This document shows positions 24,925 through 37,437 of a DNA stretch of 64,000 nt, in pieces. Under the pieces are notes generated by a model. It was not told the origin of the DNA. It saw nothing but the letters and a program-made list of their open reading frames with translations, and made no database searches. The DNA comes from Octopus sinensis. Taxonomy: Eukaryota. Where the stretch lies: NCBI RefSeq assembly GCF_006345805.1, contig NC_043017.1, positions 9,300,001-9,364,000 of the forward strand. The letters are read 5' to 3'. Made by a program: the position numbers and the translations under genes. How positions within the stretch are numbered: the first letter of the stretch is position 1; each line of letters starts with the position of its first letter.

Positions 24925-25620
24925 CTGGTTGAGCAGATTTATAATCAGACAACTTCTGTTTAACCGTCTCACTTTTTTATATAGCCAATACCTAACCGAG
25001 TCCTGATCCAGCTGAACTCTGATCAGCGATATGCCATCTATGACCGTCTCACTTTTTTATATAGCCAATACCTAACCGAGTCCTGATCCAGCCGAACTGT
25101 GATCAGTGATACGCCATCTGTGACCGTCTCACTTTTTTGTATAGCTAACACCTGAGTCCCTGATCCAGTTGAACTATGACCCAAGATGTTTCAGCTGTGA
25201 TCACACCATCTTTTTGTTATAACTAGGACCTAGCTGACACCTGGTCCAGTGGAGCTATGGTAAAAGAGGTTCCATCTGTGATCATCTCACCCTTTTTGTG
25301 TACCTGGGACTTAACACAGAGCTGATGTAGCAGAACTATGGCCAGCTCGACTTTCAGTGTGACCAGCTCAACACTTTATTTAGCCCTGACCTAGCTGACT
25401 CCAGGTCCAGCTGAACTGTGATCAAAGATGTTTTAATTCTGTGCTGTGACCATCTCACCTGTTTTGAGATATTTAGGACTTGACTCAGTGCTGACCCAAC
25501 AGAACTATGATCAAAGATGCTCCAGCTGTGACTATCTCAACTTTTTGCATATCTGGTACCTATTTCAATCCTGATCCAGTGAACCATGATCAAAAATTGT
25601 TTCAGCTGTAACCACACTAT
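24925..25620 (-). repeat. tandem array of ~9 degenerate ~80-bp units derived from a SINE tail
   Basis: ACCGTCTCAC at 24963, 25043 and 25123 (80-bp period), then more divergent units. Monomers of the same sequence occur at ~22480-22660, 51460-51545 and 54740-54815. Confidence 0.75.
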
Positions 25621-27343
25621 AAGTTAAGTCTATTTAATTCACTGGCCCTTATTTCCTTGTCCCTTAATTTATTGGCCTTGTCCCTAAAGTAGAAACAGCT
25701 ATTTGTACCAGTTTTTATATTATTGATCCTACAAGGAAGGATACAAAACTAAATTGACCACAGCTGAATTTTTCCGGATGCTCTACCAATTTGCTCATCT
25801 GTTTCCTTTTTGATAATAATTATGATGTGAAGACACATGGCTCAGTGGTTAGGGTATTCAGCTCCTGATCAGAAGATTGTGAGTTTGATTTCCAGTGGCA
25901 CGTTTTGTCCTTGAGCAAGACACTCTATTTTTCATTCCTCCTGTCCACTCAGCTGGCAAAAGTGTCGAGTGCTCAGCCACTTTCACGTTAGTTTCATGAT
26001 CAGGCTGTTCCGTTGATCGGATAAACTGGAACCCTTGTCGTCGTAACTGACTGGATGCCAGTTTAATTATGCTGTTGATGATGATGATAATGATGATAAC
26101 GACAACTACAAGAACAGCAGCAACAAAGGTGTATATTTAGAGAGAGCAGATTGCCAGGCTGGCAGTGGTTCTGGGGAGCAGAGTTCAAACGGTGAATATG
26201 AATAGGTAGTTTAGTGAGTGTTAAATGGTGTTAAACCAGTGAGGTATGGAGGTGGTGGTGGGGGAGGCTGGGTGGTAGTGTTGGCAGCAGAGACATGGAC
26301 AGTGGCTGCAGCCATGGTGGTGATGGTGGTGGATGGTTAATTGGTTGGTGGTGGTGGTGGTGGTTGGTGGATGGTTAATGGTAGTGTTGGTGGTGTTGGC
26401 AGTATGGCAGAGATGATGATGGTAATGGTGGCTGTGGTGGTGGTGGTGGTGGTGGTGGATGGTTAATGGTAGTGTTGGTGGTGTAGCAGAGGTGATGGTG
26501 GTAATGGTGGCTGTGGTGGTGGTAATGGTGGCTGTGGTGGTGGTGATGGTGGCAACGGCAGTTCATTTAAAAGAGGAGCCTGTTCCTGGAACTCCTTCCT
26601 GTGTTAAAATGGTGAATTACCAAGGGGTGGGCAGGGCAGGATAGGCGGGTGAGGGCGACACTGAAATGGTCTGTGCCAGAAGTTTGGAACATCTCCAATG
26701 ATGGTATTGTAATCATTTCAACGTTGGTGATGTTCCTAGTGGTGATGGTGGTGGTGTGTGTGTGTGGTGATCATAGTGGTAGTAGTGGTTGTGCTTGTAC
26801 TGCTGCTGCAGCTATTGGCAGTGGTGGTGATGGTGGTGTATGGCAGCTGTTGTGGTGATGCAGTTGTGTTGGAAATGGTTTGTTGTTTGCATGTGTCTGC
26901 GTGAATGTGTGTCTGTATCTGTATGTTTGTGTGTGTACATACACACACACACACACACAAATACTCCAGCATGGCCACAGTTAAGTGATGGAAACAAATG
27001 AAAGAATAAAAAAATAAAATATATATATATATATTTAATTCTTTTACTTGCTTCAGTCATCTGACAGTGGCCATGATGGAGCACTGCCTTAAAGAGTTTT
27101 AGTTGAAGAAATTGATCCCAGGACTTATTCTTTGTAAGCCTAGTACATATTTTATCTGCCTCTTTTGCCGAACTGCTAAGTTATGGGGATATAAACACAT
27201 CAGTATCGGTTGTCAAGCAATGGCAGGGGAACAAATACAGACACACACACATAAACATGCCACTCACAAGGCTTTGGTCGGCCTGAGGCTATAGTAGAAG
27301 ACACTTGCCCATTGGTAAGCAAGCTTCTTACCACACAGCCACA

Positions 27344-27379
<36 letters not shown>

Positions 27380-27503
27380 GAAGGTTTACGAAAATAAAAA
27401 AAAGACGAAGGCAGGTTTATGAAAATAAACAAAAGACGATGGCAGGTGGAGTACAAACAAACAAATGTATTAGTATGGCACTCAGGAATAGAAATAAAAC
27501 AAG

Positions 27504-27541
27504 TCTTTTACGTTTCGAGCCTATGCTCTTCGACAGAAAGA
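27504..27541 (-). ncRNA. hammerhead-like motif (A6U variant) in a Penelope-like element (~27377-27590) next to (TA)n
   Basis: Minus strand TCTTT-CTGTCGA-A-GAGC(ATAG)GCTC-GAAA-CGT-A-AAAGA. Confidence 0.5.
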
Positions 27542-27710
27542 TACACAGAAAAGAAACAAGGAGAGAAAAAAATGCGTGTAGGAGCTAACGGTCCATTATG
27601 TGATCATCCATGAGCAATCATCACACGCTACACACCTTCCTTCCAAGCATTGCTGTAAACAGCAGAAGTAAGCTAGAATGTTAAGCCTTAGTAAGCATGC
27701 ACTGCAGTGT

Positions 27711-27772
27711 TCAAGGTCACTCTGTGCCAAGTGACTTCACTTTGTGTGCTTTAGCTTCGTTACTATAGCAAC
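27711..27772. promoter_or_regulatory. NR5A/ERR-type site plus perfect RFX X-box
   Basis: TCAAGGTCA (27711-27719) and GTTACTATAGCAAC (27759-27772). Confidence 0.45.
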
Positions 27773-27856
27773 AGTTTGGATACTTATGGATCAGATCACA
27801 TATATACATACATACATACATACATACATACATACACACACATATATATATATATA

Positions 27857-27889
<33 letters not shown>

Positions 27890-27916
27890 TATATGTGTGT
27901 ATATATATATATATAT

Positions 27917-27964
<48 letters not shown>

Positions 27965-28289
27965 TTTATTATTTCTAAATACAAATTTGCATGTTTGCAT
28001 TTGAATATGCACATCTGTGTGCACACTCGAATGCACCAGCTGCGATCATTTGAACTTTTGTCAGCTACTCCAGCAATGGTACCATATATTAGTCATAAAG
28101 GTGGAGGTGGCAGTGGCACTGGAGGCGGTAATGGTTGTGGTGTTAATGGTAGAGGGAGTGGCAGGTGGAGGGGAGGAGGACAGTTTGATAAACATCCTGA
28201 TCCCTCCCCCTGCTCCTCACATCAAACTACATGGCCTATTTTCCGTGAGTTAGTGGTGGTGGTGGTGGTGGGTGTTCAAAATCATGTGG

Positions 28290-29175
28290 GTGGGGGATAG
28301 TCAATTACATCAACCCCAGTATGTAACTGGTACTTAATTCACCAATCCCAAAAGGATGAAAGGCAAAGTCGACCTCAGCAGGATTTGAACTCAGAACATA
28401 ATGACAGGCAAAATACCACTAAGCATTTCGTCTGGTGTGCTAATGATTCAACCAGCTTGTTGCCTTAATAATAATAATAATAATAATAACAGTAGTAATA
28501 ATAATAATAATAATAATAATTTTATTTCTTTATTGCCCACAGGGGGGCCAAACATAGAGGGGAGAAACAAGGACAGACAAAAGGATTAAGTCAATTACAT
28601 CGACCCCAGTGTGTAACTGGTACTTATTTCATCAACCCTGAAAGGATGAAAGGCAAAGTCGACCTTGGCGAAATTTGAGCTCAGAACATAAAGACAGATG
28701 AAATACCACTAAGCATTTCGCCCAGCATGCTAACAATTCTGCCAGCTCATCACCATAATAATAGTAATAATTCTTTCTACTATAGGCATAAGACCTGAAA
28801 TTTTAGCTGAGGAGGCTACCCAATAACACTGGACCCAGTGTTTGAATGGTGTTTATTTTAACCAACTGGAAAAGATGAAAAGAAAAGTCAGCCTCAGCTG
28901 AATTTGAACTCTGAACGTAAAGACAGACAAAATGCTACTAAGCCTTTTCTCTGGTGATCTAACAACTCTGCCAGTTTGCTACCTTAAATCAGTTATAGTA
29001 ATAATGGTTTCAAATTTTGGCCCCAGGCCAGCAATTTTAGTGGGAGGACGTAAGTTAATTATGACTCCCATGTTCAATTAGTGCTTTATTTTATTGATCC
29101 TGAAACGATGAAAGGCAAAGTTGACCCCTGCAGGTTTTGAACTCAGGATGTAAAGAGTCAGAGGAAAGATTGCTA
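28290..29175 (-). mobile_element. cluster of 4 co-oriented SINE family A copies
   Basis: Repeated core at ~28290-28465, 28523-28755, 28770-28985 and 29000-29175, with (AAT)n spacers. Confidence 0.88.
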
Positions 29176-31721
29176 AGCATTTTCTATCCATCCATTCATC
29201 TTCTTCACCTACTGGATCATGGGGGGTAAAATCCTCGGGCATCTCCTCTATAAAGTCCTATCAGAAACAACTGTCATTAGACTTTCTAGCTGGATTCCCA
29301 AGAATGATCAACTGAAGCGTTTTATATATGAATATATCCATGTAAACAATGTGATCAAATATAGAAAAATAAGGGATGGGTGTAGATGCATGTTTCAGGA
29401 GTTCTTGCTCTTTCTTCAGTACTACATCCAAACCATTGTAGAGGTGCTGACATTATCACTTCCACCAACATTAGCATCAACACTACCACCTCTGCTACAA
29501 CCACCATACACCAATATTTCTTTCTAATTTTGGCATAAGGCCAGCAGTTTTGAGTCAGGAGTTAGAATAAGCAGTTACATTGACCTCAGTGCCCTACTGG
29601 TTCTGTGGAGATGCGTAGCTTAGTGCTAAGGGCGTTGGACTCATGATCATAAGATTGTTGTTTTGATTCCTGGACTGGGCGACGTGTTGTGTTCTTGTAG
29701 TAAACCACTTCATTTCACGTTGCTCCAGTCCACTCAGCTGGCAAAAATGAGGAATCTTGTGATGGACTAGCATCCCATCCAGGTGGGGAATGTTTACGCC
29801 ACAGAAACTGGGAAACTGGCCTTTTTGAGTCAGTATGGCTTGAGAAGGTAACTTTATGGTTTTTATTACACCCAACCCATTAACCATCCAGGAACAAGGC
29901 ACTAAATATAGCAGCGTAAGATAATTGGAATTACCAATTTTACTTAATCACATTCCTGGCAACTGGTACAGACGTATATACATGATGGGCATCGGCTGTT
30001 TCTATCTGCCAAATTCACTCACAAAGCATTAGTTGTCCCAGAGCTTCTCTAGACGACACTTGCTCCAAGGTACCACACAGTGGAACTGAACCCAAAACCA
30101 CATGGTTGGGAAGCAGTCTTTGTAACCACACAGCCATGGCTGCCAGACCAGATTACAAAAGAAGCAGACATTCCAAGTGAGAGATGTCTGCCATTTCAGC
30201 TGACCTTAGCAAGAATATAAGCTGGGTCAAACTAGTCTGCACTGGAAATGGTACCATGGTGAAACCCGTTTATGGTTCTCATGCAACACGTGTAAGTATG
30301 ACAGCGCATGGAGCAATCAGTTGATGATGATGATGATGGTGATGGCAGCGGTGGTAGCCACCCCCTCCCCATCCCCCGCTTAAAGTGGTTAAGTCTGTTG
30401 CAGTCGCTGAACCGGAATGCTTGACTTGCTGTGGTCAGCCAACCAGAAAGCTATATGACTTGCTTCGCTTGGGAAAAAAAGAGAAAATGTGATGGTGGCA
30501 GCGATGATGGGGGATGAGGATGTTGCAGTCAGTGGTGACGGCGGCGGCGGTGGGATTATTGGTGGTGGGTCGTGGTGGGTGGTGGTTGTGGTGGCTGTTG
30601 GTGCTGTTTGAAGCTGTGGCTTCTTCTTCTTCTTCTCCTTCTATTGTTGTTGTTGCTGCTGCTGCACTCCTTTCTAGCTGTGTAAACAGCGTAGCTGCTC
30701 AATTGTTGTGCATTGGGTGCAGTTTTTATATTGGTGTTATTGAACTTGCACTTCAGTGTGTGCTGATGCAGCAACCTGGATAATAAGAGCTCCCCCCCAT
30801 CCATCTCTCCCTCTCTCCCCATCTCGCTCTTTCTCTCTCTCTCTTCCCTCTTTCTTGCTTTATTTCTTGCTCTCTTTCTCTTCTTTCTAACTATTCCTGC
30901 TTCTCCCCTTCTATATACATATATATATATATATCTCCCAGCCTCTTATGCCTCCCCTTATACATCCTCTCTCTTCTTTTGTCTCTTTCTGTCTCTTCCT
31001 CTCGCTGTCCCTCCTTTCTCTCCTCCATTCTTTCTCTTCGTTTCTCCCCCCTCTTTGCTGACTGCTCTGTTTTTTCTCTCCCTTTCAACAACTCTCTCTC
31101 TCTCTCACTGCTACCTCTGTATTATACACATCTCTCTCTCCTTTCCTCCGTATCTCTCTCTCTCTCTCTCTTCCCCCATTCCCTGTCTCCTTACCACTCT
31201 CTTTCCCCCATTCCCCCCTCTCTCCCCATTCCCACTCCCTCTTTCTCTCCTTCTTTTCCTCTCCCTCTTTCTTTCCCCCTTTCCTTCTCTCCTCTCTTTC
31301 ACACACACACACACACAGCTACAACTGTACTACACACATATAGTCTCTCTCTCTCTTACCCAAACACACACACGCACACACACACACACACACACAGCTA
31401 CATCTACACTCCGTACACGTAGTATAGATTTCCGGAATTGCCAGATCATTCCTGTTTCCCAGGCAACTGATGAGGAAGCTAAAAATAACGAGTATTTAGC
31501 TAGATTCCATCGTAACTGGAATAACTTTAATACATTCACATCAGGTTTGCTGGTGCCTCCACAGCGGAAAAGATTCGTTGTTGTCGTCGCTGTTGCTGTC
31601 ATTGATGATTTTCAGACCCTAGGTCAGCCTTCATCAAACAGGTTTATGTTCAAAGACGTTCCAGTTATGATCATCCTGCCTTGTCGTTTATGAGTATTTA
31701 GGGCTATATATTATTTAATGT

Positions 31722-32023
31722 GTGGAGGCGCAATGGCCCAGTGGTTAGGGCAGTGGACTCGCGGTTGTAGGATCACGGTTTCGATTCCCAGACCGGGCAT
31801 TGTGAGTGTTTATTGAGCGAAAACACCTAAAGCTCCACTAGGCTCCGGCAGGGGGTGGTGGTGATCCCTGCTGTACTCTTTCGCCACAACTTTCTCTCAC
31901 TCTTTCTTCTGTTGGCCTGCTCGCTTAGCCAGCGGGGTGGCGTCATTTGAAGGCTAAAACAATGCAAAGTGCATTGTGACCAGCGATGTGTAGCAACATC
32001 TGATAGCCTGGTCGGTGACGGTG
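31722..32023 (+). mobile_element. full-length tRNA-derived SINE (family C) with 12-bp TSD
   Basis: A-box TGGCCCAGTGG and B-box GGTTTCGATTCC. ATTATTTAATGT duplicated at 31710-31721 and 32024-32035. Confidence 0.92.
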
Positions 32024-32436
32024 ATTATTTAATGTAGTCAACTTTGACCTTTATGTGTTTGTGGTTGGACTTGGTAAAATGAGTACCTGTTATGCACTGG
32101 GGGAAAAGGGGTCAATGTAATTGTCTTGCATCCTCCCCCATAATTTCAGTCCTTGTGCCTTTAGCAGAAAGAATTATCAACAACAATACTTTTCTTCAGA
32201 TTGAATCTCTACACCTCCTCCGTCACCATCATCACCACCACCACCACCACCCTCACCACTACCATTATCATCACCATCACCACCTTCATCATCATCATCA
32301 TCATTACTATCATCATTCGCATTATTGCCTGAAGTATCAGTGTCATCATCATCATCATCATCTCATTAACTTCAATACCAGTGTTGGCAAGAGTTTTAAC
32401 TGCTATTTCTAGCTGGTCAGGCCACCATATCAGGTA

Positions 32437-32665
32437 GTGTTTCTCAACCAGGGTGCACAAGACCCTTTGTAGGGTCCATATAAGACATTCGTTGGGAAAA
32501 TTTACGAGCTATAAATTGCTTACGTTTCTGCAATACACAAAATATATTTCGATAATTATTATTTTTTTTATACAATCCCTATTAATATTTAATTATCAAG
32601 AATATAATTGGATTTTTTAAACATTGAGTGACTGTGAGGGTCCGTCTGAGTAAAACAGGAATCAA
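32437..32665 (+). mobile_element. hAT-like MITE fragment
   Basis: AGTGTTTCTCAACCAGGG terminus. A related copy at ~56885-57335 is interrupted by an RTE tail. Confidence 0.6.
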
Positions 32666-32850
32666 AACAGCTCTACAACAATGTCCAGCAAACTGGACCC
32701 TTCTACCTTTCACAAGAGATGCTACAGGTGGTAGTTTCCCATATATTTGCATTTTGGTTGGATGACGCTTCCACGAGAGATTTTGAGCTGTCATAAGGAG
32801 GTGAGTGTAGGTTCCATCCAACCGCCTCTCAAGCTTCTTTGATAACATCC
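32665..32850 (-). pseudogene. fragment of a second RTE-like LINE C-terminal region
   Basis: KKLERRLDGTYTHLLMTAQNLSWKRHPT...YGKLPPV...RRVQFAGHC resembles the post-RT region of RTE-type ORF2. Confidence 0.75.
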
Positions 32851-32983
32851 TATAATGTAGTCCTAGCTACACTATGCCAAATGAAAAGAGTGCATGGTGG
32901 CAGCTGGAAAGTCTTTGATTTCATCAGGGTTTAGCTTGATCAGGGCTGATCTGAGGATAAGCCCTATAAACAACAATAATATA

Positions 32984-33738
32984 TATTTCTTTACTACCCA
33001 CAAGGGGCTCAACACAGAGGGGACAAACAAGGACAGACAAAGGGATTAAGTCGATATATCGACCCCGTTTCACTGGTACTTAATTTGTCGACCCCGAAAG
33101 GATTAAGGCAAGTCGACCTCGGAATTTGAATCAGAACGTAACGGCAGACGAAATACCTATTTCTTTACTACCCAAGGGGCTCAACAAGAGGGGACAAACA
33201 AGGACAGACAAGGGATTAAGTCGATTATATCGACCCCAGTGTTTCACTGGTACTTAATTTGTCGACCCCGAAAGGATGAAAGGCAAAGTCGACCTCGGCG
33301 GAATTTGACTCAGAACGTAACGGCAGACGAAATACCTATTTCTTTACTACCCACAAGGGGCTCAACACAGAGGGGACAAACAAGACAGACAAAGGATTAA
33401 GTCGATTATATCGACCCCAGTGTTTCAATGGTACTTAATTTGTCGACCCCGAAAGGATGAAAGGCATAAGTCGACCCGGCGGAATTTGAACTCAGAACGT
33501 AAAGGCAGACGAAACCTATTTCTTACTTTACCCACAAGGAGCTAAACACAGAGGGGACAAACAGGACAGACAAAGGGATTAAGTCGATTATATCGACCCC
33601 AGTGTTCACTGGTACTTAATTATCGACCCCGAAAGGATGAAAGGCAAGTCGACCTCGGCGGAATTTGAACTCAGAACGTAGCGGCAGACGAAATACTGCT
33701 AAGCATTTCGCCTGGCGTGCTAACATTTCTGCCAGCTC
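32984..33738 (-). mobile_element. head-to-tail tetramer of SINE family A (only the last unit keeps the tRNA head)
   Basis: Units start at 32984, 33158, 33337 and 33517. Junctions read GAAATACC|TATTTC (third junction GAAACC|TATTTC). Confidence 0.92.
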
Positions 33739-34080
33739 AAATATAGTTTGAACCAAAGTAGGGAGCTGGCATTCATTTGCTCAACTTCCTAGAAATAGCA
33801 GCCAAGTCTCACTCAGCTAATTCCCTACTGTCTTGAATATGGAAAGGACCTTGGATAAAGTTGTCTTAGCTACATCTAAGACCTTGAATGCTTCTAATTT
33901 GTGGTCGGCTTGATCATGGTTTAAACTGACCTGGGGCCCAGAAGCAACAAGAACAACAACAACAACAACTATGCTTATAGACAACAGCAGCAGCGGCAAC
34001 AATAAACAAAGAGAAAACTGAAGAAGCTGTGGTTGTCTAAGATAACAACAGGATGAACAAAGGAGAGCGAGATGGGGGGA

Positions 34081-34116
<36 letters not shown>

Positions 34117-34359
34117 TCCTGCACTCTGTAGCACTTTCATATTGATACATCCTGCATCTTGGTGCCACACCCCCTACACTTCTCTCCTCTCCTTCTCTAG
34201 TGCTGCTTATCTGATTAGAGCCAAAGTGGTGGTCATTGTCGTAGTCATCGTGGTGGTGTTGGTGGTGGTGGTGGTGATGGTGGGTAAGTGTAGTAACAGT
34301 TCTTAGAGGTGTCCTAGTTAGTTACACTAAATCTCACCACTTGACAGCATCTCCGCCAC

Positions 34360-35010
34360 CTTTACATTCCGAGTTCAAACGCTGCCAAGGTCAACTTTAC
34401 CTTTCATTCCTTTTCGGGGGGGGGGGGTTGATAAAATAAGTACCAGTTGTGTACTGGGAGGAGGGAGGGTGTTGATGTAGTCAACTTACCCCCTCCCACT
34501 AAATTGCTGGCCTTGTGCCAAAATTTGAAACCATTATTATTTTGTTTTAGTAACAATCAGGTGATGGAATCATTAAAACATTGGTCGAAAAAAATACCTC
34601 GTAGCATTCATTCCCTCTCTTAGTGTTCTGAGTTCAAATCCCTCCAAGCTTATCTTTGCTCTTCAGCTTTTCAGGGTCGATACAATAAAGCTCTGGTCAG
34701 ATATTAAGGGACAATTGAATCAGTTGCTCTATTCCCCCAATTTTCCAACCTCATATCTCTGCTAGAAACAACTAATATTAATCCTGCTTTCCAAGGCAGT
34801 GAGCTGGCAGAATCGTTAGCACGCAGGACAAAATGCTTTGTGGCAGTTCCATCTGTCATTACATTCTGAGTTCAAATTCTGCCGAGGTTGACTTTGCCTT
34901 TCATCCTTTCGGGATCATCGAAATAAGTACCAGTTGAGCACAGGGGGTGATGTAATTGACTAATCCCTTATCCCCTGAAAGTTCAGGCTTTGTGCTCATC
35001 ATAGAATGGA
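34360..35010 (+). mobile_element. three SINE family A copies (decayed)
   Basis: GAGTTCAAA...TTGCCTTTCATCCTTT...AAATAAGTACCAG cores at ~34360, ~34630 and ~34800. Confidence 0.8.
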
Positions 35011-35072
35011 TTATTGATAATGCTTCCCAACCACATGGTTTTTGGTTCAATCCCACTGCTTGCCACCTTAAA

Positions 35073-35293
35073 CCCTTTAGTATTTAAACCGGCCATATCC
35101 GGCCAAAAGTATTCTGCCTGTTTTATGTTCAAACTGGCTATATCTGGTCTCTCACACCAACCCTACAACATCGTTTTAAAACTTAACAGCTACCTCGTCA
35201 AAATCTCATAGCTACAAGATAATGCACGATTAGTTCAAAACAATGTGGATAAAAAAGCTTTAATTTTGGCAAAATAATGCGAACACTAAAGGG
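35073..35293. mobile_element. piggyBac-like MITE nested in a SINE B
   Basis: CCCTTTAG...CTAAAGGG TIRs, flanked by TAAA (left) and TTAA (right). SINE B sequence resumes on both sides. Confidence 0.8.
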
Positions 35294-36089
35294 TTAAACA
35301 GGTGTCTTCTATTATAGCCCCAGATTCAGGACAAGGTTAACCCTTTTGTTACCAACCCGGCTGAAACCGGCTCTGGCTCTGAGTACAAATGTCCTGTTTT
35401 CATAAGTTTTGAATTAAAATCTTCCACCAAACCTTAGTCACAATTTATGTTCCTAACACTTGCTGAATGATAACTAAGTTAATTTACTAAATTCTTTGTT
35501 ATATTTAAAGTTATTGAAAGAAACACAGAGCATCTCAAAATAAATACAGTAATAAAATGCAATTCAAAGTAAGAACAATAATTAACCACAGAATAAGTTT
35601 TTATTTTTCAAAACGAAACAAAACTGTAAGATGGAATATAGTGTTTTTTTTTATTTTGACGCCATGAATACTTTGAAATTATATTTCTGATCAGATAAAC
35701 CACTTTGAACATTATTTTAGCAACTTTAATATAAAATGGAAAATAATGTTTATTTTTGTATACTTCTACCTAATTATATATTTGTAAAGTTTTCTCCTAC
35801 TTTTTTTTAATTGCAAAGTCTTTAGTCAGATCCTCTCTATGAAACTATGAACACTTCCAAATTATATTTCTGATCATATAAACCACTCTGAATATTATTT
35901 TAACAAGTGATTTCTTTTGTGCTGTGGACCATTTACCATGTGCCCTAAGCACATGCTCATTTTGCTTAGAACTTAGTTCAGTGTTGCCCAGGCTACCCTC
36001 CAAGCCTTGGGAGTTAATTTGGTAATTTGAAACTGAAAAAAAAAAGTTCATTAGATACGTGTATGTAATATATATATGTGTGTGGGCTG

Positions 36090-36656
36090 AGTGGGCTGGC
36101 TACGTCCCAGGTAGAGGCCACAGGTGAGACCATAACCCATGGCCTCTACCTGGGACGTAGCCAGCCCACTTATGCATACCTTTCCTTCTTGTGACACAAA
36201 CCCTACTTGTGAAGACCTGTTGAGGCAAGTGAAAATCAAAATCGAAATCAAAATCGATCAACATCAATGGAAATTGTAACTGTGATACCAGTGCCAATGG
36301 CACGTAAGAGAACCATCCGAACGTGGTCATTGCCAGCACCGCCCCGACTGGCCTCCATGCCAGTGGCACGTAAAATGCACCATCCGATTGTGGCCGTTGC
36401 CAGCCTTGTCTGGCCCCCGTGCCGGTGGCACGTAAAAAGCACCATCTGATCGTGGCCGTTCGCCAGCCTCATCTGTCACGTAAAGAGCACCCAACTACAC
36501 TCATGGAGTGGTTGGCGTTAGGAAGGGCATCCAGCCGTAGAAACATTGCCAGATCAGACTGGAGCTTGGTGCAGCCTTCTGGCTTTCCAGACCCCAGTTG
36601 AACTGTCCAACCCATGCTAGCATGGAAAATGGACATTAAACGATGATGATGATGAC
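36090..36656 (+). mobile_element. 5'-truncated RTE 3' UTR copy with a 5' fold-back
   Basis: Homologous to the 3' UTR at 3024-4900, with a (GAT)n tail. Perfect 31-bp inverted repeat at 36090-36120 / 36140-36170. Confidence 0.88.
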
Positions 36657-37005
36657 GTGTGTCAGTGTGTACGTGATATTTTATGTCTCTTGTCTTCGTG
36701 TCTGTTTGCAAAGCTGTAGACAAGGGGCTGGTTCATACAACATTCTCCATTCCCAGTTCTCCACGTAAAACGTGTCCAGACTGATGGATTTCTGTCGCCA
36801 ACCCCTACTTGGAAATAAGTGGAGATTGGCGCCAGGAAAAACATCCGGACATGGAAAACAAGACTCTGCCCTAACCTACTCTCATCTGACCCTTGCATGC
36901 AGGGAAAGAAGATATCAAAACGATTATTATTATTATTATTTCTATAAGTTTTTCTTGTTTTTCACTACTTAAAATACTTAACACATTACAAAAGAAAGAG
37001 AGACG

Positions 37006-37036
<31 letters not shown>

Positions 37037-37437
37037 GAAAGAGAGAAGGAGTGGGAGTTACTACTCTAATAAACAGCAAGTCAAGAGCATCTTTTCTTTT
37101 CGTGATGGTGGTGGATGAGGTGGCTTTATAGTGACATTGGTGTTGCTGGTGGTGGTGGTGTTGCTGGTGGTGGTGGTGTTGCTGGTGGTGGTGGTGAAAA
37201 AGGGTGAGGTGGAAACGAACAATACAATATTTCCTTGATGTCATAGGTGGATTCTTTCTTTGCCTGTGTGTGTGTATATATATATATACATGTGTATACA
37301 CGTGTATGCATGTATGCGTAAAATCTGTTGTGTGTGTGTGTGTGTCTTTCTTTGATTGTCCATCTATGAAGAAATTTCAGTTTCATATGTTTTGTGTATG
37401 TGTATATATGTGTGTGAGTGTGTGTGTGTGTATATAT

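Noticed and set aside
24925-25620. 80-bp array (and the 38-bp array at 17450-18112) as a CRISPR-like repeat-spacer locus
   Set aside because: Whole units are homologous, so there are no unique spacers. No cas genes are present, the context is eukaryotic, and the 80-bp unit derives from a SINE tail.
29205-29255. Minus-strand 45-nt exon candidate DFIEEMPEDFTPHDP
   Set aside because: Weak acceptor and donor, and no other supported minus-strand exons to join; compatible with chance.
31466-31520. CTGATGAG as a hammerhead core
   Set aside because: No GAAA follows the putative stem II, and no stem I or stem III can be formed.
31722-31800. tRNA genes at SINE heads (also ~61720-61789 and 26-100)
   Set aside because: A and B boxes are present but there is no complete cloverleaf. 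The heads continue into SINE bodies, and the 31722 and 61789 copies are bounded by TSDs.
35983-35996. X-box-like GTTGCCCAGGCTAC
   Set aside because: It lies in a decayed SINE B segment and is probably a chance product of decay, so it was not counted in the enrichment.
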